Shown here piece after piece: positions 30,820 through 40,443 of a stretch of 64,000 nt of DNA. The position numbers were made by a program, and so were the translations under genes. The notes under the pieces were generated by a model that had not been told where the DNA came from, ran no database searches, and worked only from the letters and a program-made list of their open reading frames with translations. The stretch's first letter is position 1. Each line of letters opens with the position of its first letter. Source of the stretch: Planctomycetota bacterium (GTDB lineage: Bacteria; Planctomycetota; UBA1135; UBA2386); assembly GCA_965228735.1 (NCBI GenBank), contig OZ245838.1:5408001-5472000 (forward strand). The letters are read 5' to 3'.

Positions 30820-31775
30820 AGCTGCTGCTGGTCGACGACGAGCCCGGCATTCGCGAGGGGCTCGCGGCCTTGCTGCGGCGCAAGGGCCACGTCGTCGAGG
30901 TCGCCGCCGATTGTGCGGCGGCCCGGGCGGCGCTCGCGACGTTCGGGACGGAGCTCGACCTCGTGCTCACGGACTGGCGCCTGCCCGATGGTGTCGCTGC
31001 CGACTTCCTCGCGGCGGCGCCGTGCCCCGCGATCGCGATGAGCGGTCATCCCGAAGAAGCTGTGGGGCGGCCCGGTGTGCGCGAAGTGCTCACCAAACCC
31101 GTCGCGCCGGCGCGGTTGCTCGTGACGTTGACCGAGGCGCTTGCCGCGCCGGGAGACGACGAATCCGGAGACCAGGTGCGCGAGCCTTGCCGAGTACTCC
31201 CGCAGGACGTCGCGGATCTCGTGCAACGGGCCGGCCGCACCATCGCGCGCCGGGATCCGGGCGCGATCGCCCGCGCGGAGTTGCTGGACGACGGCACGTT
31301 CGTGACGTTGCGGGCGCCCGTGCCGGACGAAGCCGTGCTGGTCGAGCTCGGTGAACTCGGCGGCGACCAACGGGTGTTGGCGCCTGCGGGCGCGCCGCTC
31401 GTGGAGCTGCGTTGGTGTCGGAACGGACGACCCGAGCTGACGACGACCGTGGTCGCGCCCGCGGCGGACTGGCCTCGGGAGGGTGACCTTGCGGTCGACT
31501 TCGGCGCGGTCGCCGAGGTGACCGGTGACCTCCTGGCGCGCGCGGTCTCTCCGAACCGGAGGGCCGGGGAAGAGCCTTGCTGCAGCCACGCCGAGTTCGG
31601 CCGCTGCCTCGATCGGGCCGCCGACCGGCGGGCCCGCGGGCAGGGTGTGCACTTTCTCAACGTTCCCCGATCGCTGCTTTCCTGGACATCCGATCAGGGA
31701 CGCGAGGCCGAACTGCCGATGAGAGCGGCGGTCGGTCCCCGTATTCCGGCGGTCCTGGCTGACCTTTGGAGTTGA
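30816..31775 (+). CDS. Response regulator receiver with uncharacterised (possibly STAS-like) C-terminus
   Basis: LLVDDEP, LTDWRLPDG, MSG, LTKP; ATGA overlap. Confidence 0.8.
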   Translation: MKLLLVDDEPGIREGLAALLRRKGHVVEVAADCAAARAALATFGTELDLVLTDWRLPDGVAADFLAAAPCPAIAMSGHPEEAVGRPGVREVLTKPVAPARLLVTLTEALAAPGDDESGDQVREPCRVLPQDVADLVQRAGRTIARRDPGAIARAELLDDGTFVTLRAPVPDEAVLVELGELGGDQRVLAPAGAPLVELRWCRNGRPELTTTVVAPAADWPREGDLAVDFGAVAEVTGDLLARAVSPNRRAGEEPCCSHAEFGRCLDRAADRRARGQGVHFLNVPRSLLSWTSDQGREAELPMRAAVGPRIPAVLADLWS

Positions 31776-31777
31776 AC

Positions 31778-32845
31778 GTGAGCGACAAGGACAACGAAGC
31801 CAAGAGCAACCCCGACGAGACGCCGACCGGCAACGAGCCGCAGCCCGCGAGCGAGGGGGGTGGCTCGGGTGACTCGACATCCGTTGGCACGGCTGCCGAC
31901 GGTGCTGCCGTCTCGGGGGAGGCGAGTTCGGAGGGTGGAGCGTCGGAGAACGGGGCCTCGGAGAACGGACTCTCGGAGAACGGGGGATCGGAAGACGGGG
32001 GGCCGGCGGAGAAGCTCGCCGACCTGATGGCCGACTCCGACTCGGCGACCGGTTCGACCGTCGCCCCGCGGCGCGACCTCGACGCCGACGCGATGGCGGC
32101 CGCGCAGGCCGCGATCGCGGAGGGCGAACGCGCGCTCGCGGCTGCCCGCGCGCAACTCGGCGAGGAGAACGCGCAGAAGCGCTCGGGCAGCGGGCGTGAG
32201 CTCGCCCTGCGAGTGCTGCTCGCGGTCAACGTCCTCGCGATGATCACCGTCATGGTGATGCCGTCGCCGCAGGTGGCCGATCCTGCAACGTCGACCGAAG
32301 CCACGAACCGCGTCGAACCGACGACGCCCGTTCCCGCGACGCCGTCCGGCCCACGGCTCGCGGACAAGTACAATCAGGCGCTCGTCGCCTCGGAAGGCGG
32401 CGACTACGTCGGCGCGATCGCGTTGCTCGAGGACTACCTCGCGGAGAGTCCGCGGATGACTCCGAGCCGGCGCATCAACGTCTATCGCGCGATCGCGCAC
32501 TACGCGTCCACGGTCGGCAAGCTCGGCATGGCACAGGACTACGAGCGCAAGGCGCAGTCCCTGGCGCAGAGCCACTACCTCCCCGAGGACCTCGTGGCGA
32601 CGGCCAAGGCGGCCGCCGAGAGCGGCGATCAGGAAGCGCTGCGCCAGGTCTGGGCGCGCTTCCTGCTGCAGCAGCGCCAGATCCCGAGCTCGCTCTACCA
32701 GCACGTCGCGGAGGCCTATCTCCAGCTCGGCGACAGCTATCGACTCGACGCCAACGCGGCCGCGGAGGCTTCGCGCCTCGCCGAACTGCGCCGCACCGAC
32801 GAACTGTTGCAGCGCCAGCGCGACGGCAAGGGCAAGGAACGATGA
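31778..32845 (+). CDS. Single-pass membrane protein with acidic N-terminus and TPR-like extracytoplasmic domain
   Basis: One hydrophobic helix (VLLAVNVLAMITVMV); helical repeats; GGAG RBS. Confidence 0.75.
   Translation: MSDKDNEAKSNPDETPTGNEPQPASEGGGSGDSTSVGTAADGAAVSGEASSEGGASENGASENGLSENGGSEDGGPAEKLADLMADSDSATGSTVAPRRDLDADAMAAAQAAIAEGERALAAARAQLGEENAQKRSGSGRELALRVLLAVNVLAMITVMVMPSPQVADPATSTEATNRVEPTTPVPATPSGPRLADKYNQALVASEGGDYVGAIALLEDYLAESPRMTPSRRINVYRAIAHYASTVGKLGMAQDYERKAQSLAQSHYLPEDLVATAKAAAESGDQEALRQVWARFLLQQRQIPSSLYQHVAEAYLQLGDSYRLDANAAAEASRLAELRRTDELLQRQRDGKGKER
31928..32002 (+). repeat. In-frame 15-bp tandem repeat (SENGx) x5
   Basis: TCGGA units at 31928, 31943, 31958, 31973 and 31988. 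Confidence 0.8.
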
Positions 32846-34509
32846 GGGGGGTGGTCGTTTTCTCGATCATGGCCCTCGTCGCGCCGGTCCTGCTGGCGCA
32901 GAACGAGGCGCGAGACGAGCTGTTCCGCGTTCGCGAGGTCAAGGAGCCGACGGATCAGACCGCGCGGCAACTCGTGGAGGCCGACCGGCGGCAGATCAAC
33001 TGCCTCGACGCGCTGCGCGGGCTGGCCGCGGCGCTCAACTGGAACCTCGTCGTCGAGAGTCCACCGCTCGAGAACGAGCTGGCGGGGCGCTTCGTCGACC
33101 TCAACCTGGTGGATCAGGATCCGCGGATGGTGGCGCAGCTCATCGCGGTTGCCGGTTCCGCGGACATCATCTTCGATGACGCCGAGCCCGTCGCGGGCGC
33201 GCGGCCCGTGATGCACGTCGTTCGCGTGCCCGACCCGTCGACCGAGTCCGGTCGGCAGCGGTTGCGCGTGATGTCGGGGCAGTGGTATCGCTCGTTCTTG
33301 CGCGATGAACTGCGCCACGACCCGCTCGTCGCGCGCGAGGCGATCATGGTTCGGATGAACCTCGGGCAGCTGCTGCTCGACAGCGGCGACCTGGAGTCCG
33401 CGATCGGCTTCTTCACGCAGGTCTTCGACGCGCGGCCGCACGATCACGTCGCGGCGGCGGTGCTCAAGATCGCCGCGTGTCACCTCGACATCGGTAGCAG
33501 TCACGTCGACCGCTCGATGCAGCGCTCGCATTTCGAGAGCGCGGAGAAGTGGGCTCGCGAGCTGCTGCAGCGCATGCCCACGGCTCCCGAGATCCCCAGG
33601 GCGACGATCCTGCTCGGCCGCGCGCTGCTCGGTCAGGCCAAGGTCGAGACCGACAAGGAGCTCGCGCGGAAGCGAGCGGACCGGTGTCGCGCCGAGCTCA
33701 GCGCGCGCGTCATCCGCCTCGTCGATTCGGTGGACATGCTCGACGTCTGGCTGCTCGTCGGCGAGGCGCAGCTGCTGCTCGGGCAGGCGCAGCGCGTCTA
33801 CGAGACGATGCTCACGCTGCGCGAGTCGGCCTACTTCGACGAACTCTCGGATCGTCAGTATCGCGACTACCACTTCCTGCTCGGCTACGGCGCGCTCGGC
33901 ACGGAGCGTACGGAGCTGGCGATGAAGTCGCTCGAGTGGTTCCAGATTCACGCCGAGGACGACCCGCGGCGCGGTATCGCGCACGTTCTCCTGTCCGAGG
34001 CCTACCTCGATCTCGGTCGACTGCTCCAGGCCCGAGCGGCGAGCGTCGAGGCGCGGCGTCGATTCCTCGGCCGGTTGACGCCCGAGTGGCGGCAGCGCGC
34101 GCTCGAAGCATGGGCGCGCACGGCGCTCGCGCTCGGCGAAAAGGAGCGTGCGTTCCTCGAACTCGAACAGATGATCGTGCGCGGCGAAGAGCCCGAGCTG
34201 GCGCTGTTCCTGTCCGATCAGCTGCTGGCCGACAACCAGTGGGAACGCGCGATCGCGGTCATCCGGGGTCTGCTCGCATTCCCGAACGAGGTCGGCGACA
34301 AGGCGCGGTTCAAACAGGTCAAGGCGCTCTACCATCAGGCGCTCGCAAGTGAGCACCTCGCCGACTTCCCGCCGCAGGCCATCCGCATCGCGCCGCGAAT
34401 CAAGGACCCGGATCTCGCGAGCGAAGTCGCGTCGATGATCGGCGACGCCTACACGCGGCTGAACATGCTCGAGCATGCGGCCGACGCCTACCGGGGTATC
34501 CTGCGATGA
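32842..34509 (+). CDS. Secreted TPR-like protein
   Basis: Signal peptide (LLA-Q); multiple TPR-like helices; ATGA overlaps. Confidence 0.8.
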   Translation: MRGVVVFSIMALVAPVLLAQNEARDELFRVREVKEPTDQTARQLVEADRRQINCLDALRGLAAALNWNLVVESPPLENELAGRFVDLNLVDQDPRMVAQLIAVAGSADIIFDDAEPVAGARPVMHVVRVPDPSTESGRQRLRVMSGQWYRSFLRDELRHDPLVAREAIMVRMNLGQLLLDSGDLESAIGFFTQVFDARPHDHVAAAVLKIAACHLDIGSSHVDRSMQRSHFESAEKWARELLQRMPTAPEIPRATILLGRALLGQAKVETDKELARKRADRCRAELSARVIRLVDSVDMLDVWLLVGEAQLLLGQAQRVYETMLTLRESAYFDELSDRQYRDYHFLLGYGALGTERTELAMKSLEWFQIHAEDDPRRGIAHVLLSEAYLDLGRLLQARAASVEARRRFLGRLTPEWRQRALEAWARTALALGEKERAFLELEQMIVRGEEPELALFLSDQLLADNQWERAIAVIRGLLAFPNEVGDKARFKQVKALYHQALASEHLADFPPQAIRIAPRIKDPDLASEVASMIGDAYTRLNMLEHAADAYRGILR

Positions 34510-35567
34510 CGGTCCGCACATCGAGTTCGATTCTGGTCGTGCTCGCGCTGACGATCCTCGCGCCGTCGGTTGCGGGGCAGGCCGTCGGAGATCCGCAGCA
34601 GGAACGGTCGCGAACCGAGCGCCGACTGCGCGAGAACCGCGATCGCGTCGACCGGCTCGTCGATCTGCGTTTCCGTCACGACGTCGGCCTGCCGGCCGAG
34701 GCCGATCCGGGGCGCCCGGTCGCAGCGCCGATGTCGACGGCGGACAAGGAACGCAAGCTCCGCGAGCTCACCGATCAGGACGGCTACAACGCGTCGCTCA
34801 TGAGTCGCTACAACGCGATGCGGAAAGAGCTGACCGCGTTGCAGGCCGAGGCGGCGGCGCGGGCGCAGGATGTCGCCAGCAACCAGTACGTCGTGGTGCC
34901 GTCGGTCGGGGACGGCCGCGCACGCCCGGCGATGCCGCGGCCGGCCGTCGAGATGGCCCCTCAGCGCAAAGCCGCGGGCGACGACGTCCCGAGCGTGGTT
35001 CCGCCGCTGCCGGCGGGCGCATCACCCGCGGTCAAGCTGACGCGCGTCAAGGCGCAGATCCGCGGCTCGGAGGATCACCTGAAGGTCGCGCAGGCACTGT
35101 TCCGGGCGGGCCAGGAGCTCATGGACGAAGCCCAGCGGTTTCGTGACGAGCACGACGCCGATACCGCCATCGAACTCGACGGCCGAGCCAAACAGCGCCT
35201 CGATCGCGCGATCGCGGAGCTGGAGCCGCTGCTCGCAGGAAAGGAGCCATCGTTCGCCGCGCTGTTCTGTCAGGGGCGCTGTCTCGAGTTGTTGTTCCGG
35301 TACTCGGAGCGCTACGAAGGACTGTCGCTCGGGGCGTCGACGCGGCAGTATCAGCAACGCGAGCAGGAAGTGCGCGATCCGTTCCTCGCGATCGCCGCGC
35401 GTGACGTCAGGAAGGAAGGCGCGGCCGGCGCGGTCGAGCGACTCGGATCGTGGGGGCAGGCTGCCAACGCCGCCGTCGAGCACTTCCGCTGGCTCAACCA
35501 GCACGGCGGCTACGTGCCCGTCGTGCCGATCGACAGCATCACCTGGTGGCGCGAGAAGCAGCAGTGA
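34506..35567 (+). CDS. Secreted hypothetical coiled-coil/TPR-like protein
   Basis: Signal peptide; helical; translationally coupled on both sides. Confidence 0.75.
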   Translation: MTVRTSSSILVVLALTILAPSVAGQAVGDPQQERSRTERRLRENRDRVDRLVDLRFRHDVGLPAEADPGRPVAAPMSTADKERKLRELTDQDGYNASLMSRYNAMRKELTALQAEAAARAQDVASNQYVVVPSVGDGRARPAMPRPAVEMAPQRKAAGDDVPSVVPPLPAGASPAVKLTRVKAQIRGSEDHLKVAQALFRAGQELMDEAQRFRDEHDADTAIELDGRAKQRLDRAIAELEPLLAGKEPSFAALFCQGRCLELLFRYSERYEGLSLGASTRQYQQREQEVRDPFLAIAARDVRKEGAAGAVERLGSWGQAANAAVEHFRWLNQHGGYVPVVPIDSITWWREKQQ

Positions 35568-36610
35568 AGGTCGACGAACTGGAGCTGCAGCAGGGGTTCG
35601 AGCAGTTCGTCGCGGCTGCGCGGCAGCTCGAGATCGGCTACGGCGACCTCAAGGCGCGGGTTGCCGCGTTCGACGAAGAGCGCGAGTCGATCTTCGCGGC
35701 GTTGCCGATCGGACTCGTCAAGGTGCGCGGCGGCACCACGACGTCGTGCAACCGCGAGGGTGAGCGCCTGCGCCAGCTCGGGAGCGAATGGGGTGTGGAT
35801 CTCGGTGCCCGGCCGAGCGGTGAGTATCCCGTCGGCAACGGTCTCGTGCGTGTGCGCCGGGTCGAGTTGCCTGACGGCGAACTCGTCATGCTCGAGGATC
35901 GCTCGCGGGTCCGCGAGCTGGAGCGCGAGGTCGACCGACTCGATCGGCTGGCGGGCCTGTCGGAGCTCGCGCTCGGGATCGCCCACGAGATCAAGAACCC
36001 GCTCAATGGCGTGCTCGGCTTCGCCAACCTCATCGAACGCACCGACGACGCGAGAGCTCAGAAACGCTACGCGGCCAAGGTGTCGGAGGGCGTCAGGCAG
36101 GTGGATCGCATCGTCAAGTCGCTTCTCGGCTTCGCCCGGCCCGAGCGGACCCAGCCGCGCATGGCATCGATCGAGACGATCGTCGGTGAGGCGGCGGCGC
36201 ATGCGGGCGTGCAGCTCGACCATGTCGCTCTCGCCGGAGCGGTCGACGCCACCGCGAACGCGGATGCGCTCGTGCGCGTGCTCGCCAACCTGCTGCGCAA
36301 CGCCGCCGAGGCGAAAGCCGAGTCGCCGAACGGCGGGGGCGACCCCGACCACCTGCGGATCGAGATCGAAGTCGCCGTTCGTGGCCGTTCGATTGAGATC
36401 ACCGTGCGGGACAACGGGCCCGGGATCGCGACCGAGCTCGGGGCGCGCGTTCTCGAGCCGATGGTGTCGACGAAGGCCCGCGGCTCGGGGCTCGGCCTGT
36501 CATTGTCCTCGCGGGTGCTCGCATTCCTCGGCGGTGATCTGCGTCTGCTCAACCCGGGCGAGCCCGGCGCGCAGTTCCTCGTGCGGCTGCCGCTGCTGGA
36601 GGCCGCGTGA
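35564..36610 (+). CDS. Cytoplasmic sensor histidine kinase (FleS/FlrB-like architecture)
   Basis: IAHEIKNPL, NLLRNA, RDNGPGI, GSGLGL; N-terminal coiled coil plus reduced PAS-like part. Confidence 0.9.
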   Translation: MKVDELELQQGFEQFVAAARQLEIGYGDLKARVAAFDEERESIFAALPIGLVKVRGGTTTSCNREGERLRQLGSEWGVDLGARPSGEYPVGNGLVRVRRVELPDGELVMLEDRSRVRELEREVDRLDRLAGLSELALGIAHEIKNPLNGVLGFANLIERTDDARAQKRYAAKVSEGVRQVDRIVKSLLGFARPERTQPRMASIETIVGEAAAHAGVQLDHVALAGAVDATANADALVRVLANLLRNAAEAKAESPNGGGDPDHLRIEIEVAVRGRSIEITVRDNGPGIATELGARVLEPMVSTKARGSGLGLSLSSRVLAFLGGDLRLLNPGEPGAQFLVRLPLLEAA

Positions 36611-38019
36611 CCAGACGTGAGTATGTGCTGCTCGCCGACGACGAACCGTTGTCGCGCGAGTTCCTCGAGGAGGCGCTGCTCGCGCTCGGTTGCGACGTGC
36701 ACGCGGTCGAGGACGGCGATGCCGCGATCGCGGCCCTCGGGCAGCGCGCCTACGACCTCGTCGTCACGGACCTCAAGATGCCCGGTCAGGACGGCATGGC
36801 CGTCCTCGCCGCGAGCAAGGCCAGTGATCCCGACCGGCCGGTGATCCTCGTCACGGCGCACGGCACGATGCATGTCGCGATCGACGCGATGCGGGCCGGT
36901 GCTGCCGACATCCTCGAGAAGCCGCTCGTCATCGACGACCTGCAGCTGACCCTGGAGCGGGTTACCGAACGTCGCCGACTCCTGCGCGAGAACCGCTTCC
37001 TGCGCGCCGAGAGCATCGGCGGTGACATGCTCGTCGCCTCGCCGGAGATGCAGGCCGTCGTCGAGCTGGTGCAGCGCGTCGCGCCGAGCGTGGCGACGGT
37101 GCTGATCCGAGGCGAGAGCGGCACGGGCAAGGAGTGCGTGGCGGCGCTCGTTCACAAGGCCAGCGATCGGGCGAATGGCCCGTTCGTCAAACTGAACTGC
37201 GCCGCGCTTCCGGAGAGCCTGCTCGAGAGCGAGCTGTTCGGCCACGAGGCCGGCGCGTTCACTGGCGCGAGCACGCGACGCGTCGGGCGCTTCGAGCTCG
37301 CGGACGGTGGCACGCTCTTCCTCGACGAGGTCGGTGAGATGTCGGCCGCGATGCAGGCCAAGCTCCTGCGCGTGCTGCAGGAGAGCGAGTTCGAGCGCGT
37401 CGGCGGCAACCAGACGGTGCACGTCGACGTGCGGGTCGTCGCGGCGACCAATCGGGACCTGCGGGCCGAGGTCGATGCCGGTCGATTCCGCGCCGATCTG
37501 CTGTACCGCCTCGACGTCGTGCCGGTGCAGCTGCCGGCGCTCCGCGAGCGGACGGCCGACATCGTGCCGCTCGCCCGCCACTTCCTCGGCGGCGAGGTCG
37601 AGCTCGAATCTGCGGCGGCGGCCGCCCTCGAGAGCTACGCCTGGCCCGGGAACGTGCGTGAACTGCAGAACGTGATGCAGCGCGTCGGCCTGCTCTGTGA
37701 GCACGGCCGCGTCACCGTCGACCTGCTGCGTGAATGGCTCGGTCCGCGCGCAGCCACCGCGGTGACGGAGGCGGCGGACGGCGCCGAGAAGACCGTCGTG
37801 CTCGAGGTCGGCGACCCGTTCCAGGCTCTCGTCGGCCGCCCGTTGCAGGAGATCGAGGACGAGCTCGTGCGTCGGACCCTCGCGCATTGCGGCGGCAACC
37901 GGAAACGCACGGCCGCGATGCTCGGGATCGGCGTGCGCACGCTGTTCAATCGGCTGAAGTCCGCGGACGACGAGCCGGCGACCGCGGAAACCGCGGCGGC
38001 CGCGCTACGATCGCGCTGA
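36607..38019 (+). CDS. Sigma54-dependent response regulator (FleR/FlrC-like architecture)
   Basis: ADDE/TDLKMP receiver, [30 protein letters not shown], Fis HTH. Confidence 0.95.
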   Translation: MTRREYVLLADDEPLSREFLEEALLALGCDVHAVEDGDAAIAALGQRAYDLVVTDLKMPGQDGMAVLAASKASDPDRPVILVTAHGTMHVAIDAMRAGAADILEKPLVIDDLQLTLERVTERRRLLRENRFLRAESIGGDMLVASPEMQAVVELVQRVAPSVATVLIRGESGTGKECVAALVHKASDRANGPFVKLNCAALPESLLESELFGHEAGAFTGASTRRVGRFELADGGTLFLDEVGEMSAAMQAKLLRVLQESEFERVGGNQTVHVDVRVVAATNRDLRAEVDAGRFRADLLYRLDVVPVQLPALRERTADIVPLARHFLGGEVELESAAAAALESYAWPGNVRELQNVMQRVGLLCEHGRVTVDLLREWLGPRAATAVTEAADGAEKTVVLEVGDPFQALVGRPLQEIEDELVRRTLAHCGGNRKRTAAMLGIGVRTLFNRLKSADDEPATAETAAAALRSR

Positions 38020-38031
38020 CAGCTCGCCTGC

Positions 38032-38988
38032 ATGACGGACCAACACGCGAAGGCGCCGACACCGATCGGCCCGCTGACCGGCAAACGCACGCCGCTGCGC
38101 CGGCTGTTCGCGCGCGCGTGCGCGACCGTGAACCGCGCCCTCGACCTGTTGCCGATGTCGCATTGGCTGCACAACCGGATCCGACGGTCGCTCGAGATGC
38201 CCGAGCTCGATCTGCCGATCGTGCGAGCGCCGCAGCTCGCGGGTCTCAAGATCGCGTTCGTGTCCGACGTTCATGCGGGCAGCTTCATGAACAGCCGCGA
38301 CCTGGTCGCGATCTGCCGCCGCGTCGCCGCGGCCGAACCGGACCTCGTGCTGTTCGGCGGCGACCTCATCAACACGCGTGAGCGCGAACTGTTGCTCTTT
38401 CGCGATGCGCTCGCCGAGTTGTCGCCGCGCTACGGGATGTTCGCCGTGCCCGGCAACCACGATCACTTCTGGGGCCCCGACATCGGGTTGTGGACCTCGT
38501 TCCTCCAGGACAATCGCGTCACGGTGCTGCTGAATCGCGGGCAGCGGATCGAGCATGACGGCGCGACGCTGTGGCTCGCGGGTGTCGACGATCTGACGGA
38601 GGGCCGGCCGGACATCGCGATGGCCCTCGCCGGCCGCCGGGACGGCGAACCGACGGTGCTGCTGAGCCATCATCCCGACTTCTTCTTCGAAGCGGCCGCC
38701 GCGGACGTGGACCTGACGCTGTCGGGTCACACGCACGGCGGGCAGATCCGCGTCGCCGGGCGCGCGCCGATCCATCACAGCAAGTTCGGCTACGAACGCG
38801 GCTGGTTCGTGGAGAACGACTGTCGGCTCTACGTCGGGCGCGGCGTGGGGGTCACCGTGCTGCCGCTGCGGGTCGATGCGCCGCCGGAGATCCCGATCGT
38901 GACGGTGCGCGCGACCGCCGAGCCGCATACCGCGAACGATGGGAGCGGCGGGTCGAACTCGAATGCCGCGCCGGGGCAGCTATGCTGA
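38032..38988 (+). CDS. Metallophosphoesterase (YkuE/YaeI-like)
   Basis: SDVH, GGDL, GNHD, SHHPD, SGHTHGGQ. Confidence 0.9.
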   Translation: MTDQHAKAPTPIGPLTGKRTPLRRLFARACATVNRALDLLPMSHWLHNRIRRSLEMPELDLPIVRAPQLAGLKIAFVSDVHAGSFMNSRDLVAICRRVAAAEPDLVLFGGDLINTRERELLLFRDALAELSPRYGMFAVPGNHDHFWGPDIGLWTSFLQDNRVTVLLNRGQRIEHDGATLWLAGVDDLTEGRPDIAMALAGRRDGEPTVLLSHHPDFFFEAAAADVDLTLSGHTHGGQIRVAGRAPIHHSKFGYERGWFVENDCRLYVGRGVGVTVLPLRVDAPPEIPIVTVRATAEPHTANDGSGGSNSNAAPGQLC

Positions 38989-38994
38989 CCTGCA

Positions 38995-39783
38995 GTGCAG
39001 ACCAAGCTCCAGCGCGTTACAGAGCGGCGTGATCTCGGCGGCGGCTCGTGGGCGATCGCCGTCGACGGCCCGATCCCGGAGACCGGCCCGGGCCAGTTCT
39101 ACATGCTGCGCACGCCGACCCGGTGGCCGGTGCTGCTGCCGCGACCGTTCTCGCTCTACGACCGGGCACCCGACGGCAGCTGGGGCAGCTTCCTGCTGAA
39201 GGGCGTCGGCCCGGGCACCAACGCGTTGCTCGATGTCGCGATCGGCGAAGAGATCGTCGTGACCGGCCCGCTCGGGCGACCGTTCCCCGCGGACGTCGAC
39301 GATCCGGTCTGCGTCGCCGGTGGCGTCGGCCTCGCGCCGTTCCTCCTGCTCGCGCGCGAACGTCACGCGGCCGGCAAACCCGTGCGGCTGCTGTTCGGCG
39401 GCCGCGACCGCGCGGCGCTCGCGGGTCTGCCGGACTTCGAGTCGATCGCGCGGGTGTCGACGTCGACCGACGACGGCAGTCACGGTCATCACGGGCTCGT
39501 CACCGAGCTGCTCGATGCGATGATCGCGCGCGGCGAGGTGAAGACGGGCGAGACCGTGTTCTGCTGCGGCCCCGATCCGATGATGCACGCGGTCGCCCGG
39601 CTCTGCCGCGAGCGCGAGCTGCGCTGCTTCCTCAGCCTCGAGACCTACATGGCGTGCGGCTACGGCGTGTGCAACGGCTGCACCGTCGAGGTCCAGGGCG
39701 ACCGCTTCCACGGCTGGCCCTACAGCAAGACGTGCCTCGAGGGTCCGGTCTACGAGGCGTGCGAGCTGACCGAGTTGGCCTGA
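38995..39783 (+). CDS. pyrK: Dihydroorotate dehydrogenase electron transfer subunit
   Basis: PGQF, RPFS, GPLG, AGGVGLAP, CGP, MACGYGVCNGC...C ([2Fe-2S]). Confidence 0.9.
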   Translation: MQTKLQRVTERRDLGGGSWAIAVDGPIPETGPGQFYMLRTPTRWPVLLPRPFSLYDRAPDGSWGSFLLKGVGPGTNALLDVAIGEEIVVTGPLGRPFPADVDDPVCVAGGVGLAPFLLLARERHAAGKPVRLLFGGRDRAALAGLPDFESIARVSTSTDDGSHGHHGLVTELLDAMIARGEVKTGETVFCCGPDPMMHAVARLCRERELRCFLSLETYMACGYGVCNGCTVEVQGDRFHGWPYSKTCLEGPVYEACELTELA

Positions 39784-39790
39784 TCGGCCC

Positions 39791-40189
39791 TCAGCCCGGA
39801 ATCGCGTGCCGCTTGAGCGTCGCGAGGTCGACGAAGTCGAGCGTGCGTTCGTGGGTCGCTTCGAGCACGACGCGCGGCGCCTTGCCAGCTTCCATCGCTT
39901 CGACCCAGCGGCTGGCGCAGAGACACCACCGGTCGCCCGCCGCGAGGCCGGGGAAGCCGAATTCGGGTCGCGCCGTGCTGAGGTCGTTGCCCGCGTCCTT
40001 GCTGAACGCGAGGAACTCGGGCGTGACCTCGGCGCAGACGGTGTGGGCGCCGAAGTCCTCGTCCGCCGTGTTGCAGCAGCCATCGCGATAGAAGCCGGTC
40101 AGCGGTTCGGAGCTGCACGGCTTGAGCGGCGTTCCGAGGACGTTCTTGGCGATCTGCTGCTGCGCTTCCGGCATGGCTGTGTGGACCAT
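39791..40189 (-). CDS. DUF2237 family protein
   Basis: NVLG, PLTGFYRDGCC, GNDLST, GDRWCLCASRW, LEATHE. Confidence 0.9.
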   Translation of the reverse strand: MVHTAMPEAQQQIAKNVLGTPLKPCSSEPLTGFYRDGCCNTADEDFGAHTVCAEVTPEFLAFSKDAGNDLSTARPEFGFPGLAAGDRWCLCASRWVEAMEAGKAPRVVLEATHERTLDFVDLATLKRHAIPG

Positions 40190-40443
40190 AGACCGTCGCC
40201 GGGCGGACCTCTAGCCCGCTTCGCTCACCAGGATCCCGCGCCACCACGCCGCAATCGCCCGTGAGCTGCGTCAGACGGCCGGCGTTCGCCGGCCGCCCGC
40301 GAGGCGGGCTCGGTCAGTCTGCTCGGCGGGTTCACCGACCCGCTTCCGCGGACTTTCCTCGTCTTCCTTGCTCACGACCGATTTCGACGCACTGGCCCGC
40401 GATCCTGGTGAGCGAAGCGGGCAGCCCGCTGTCCATGGGGTCG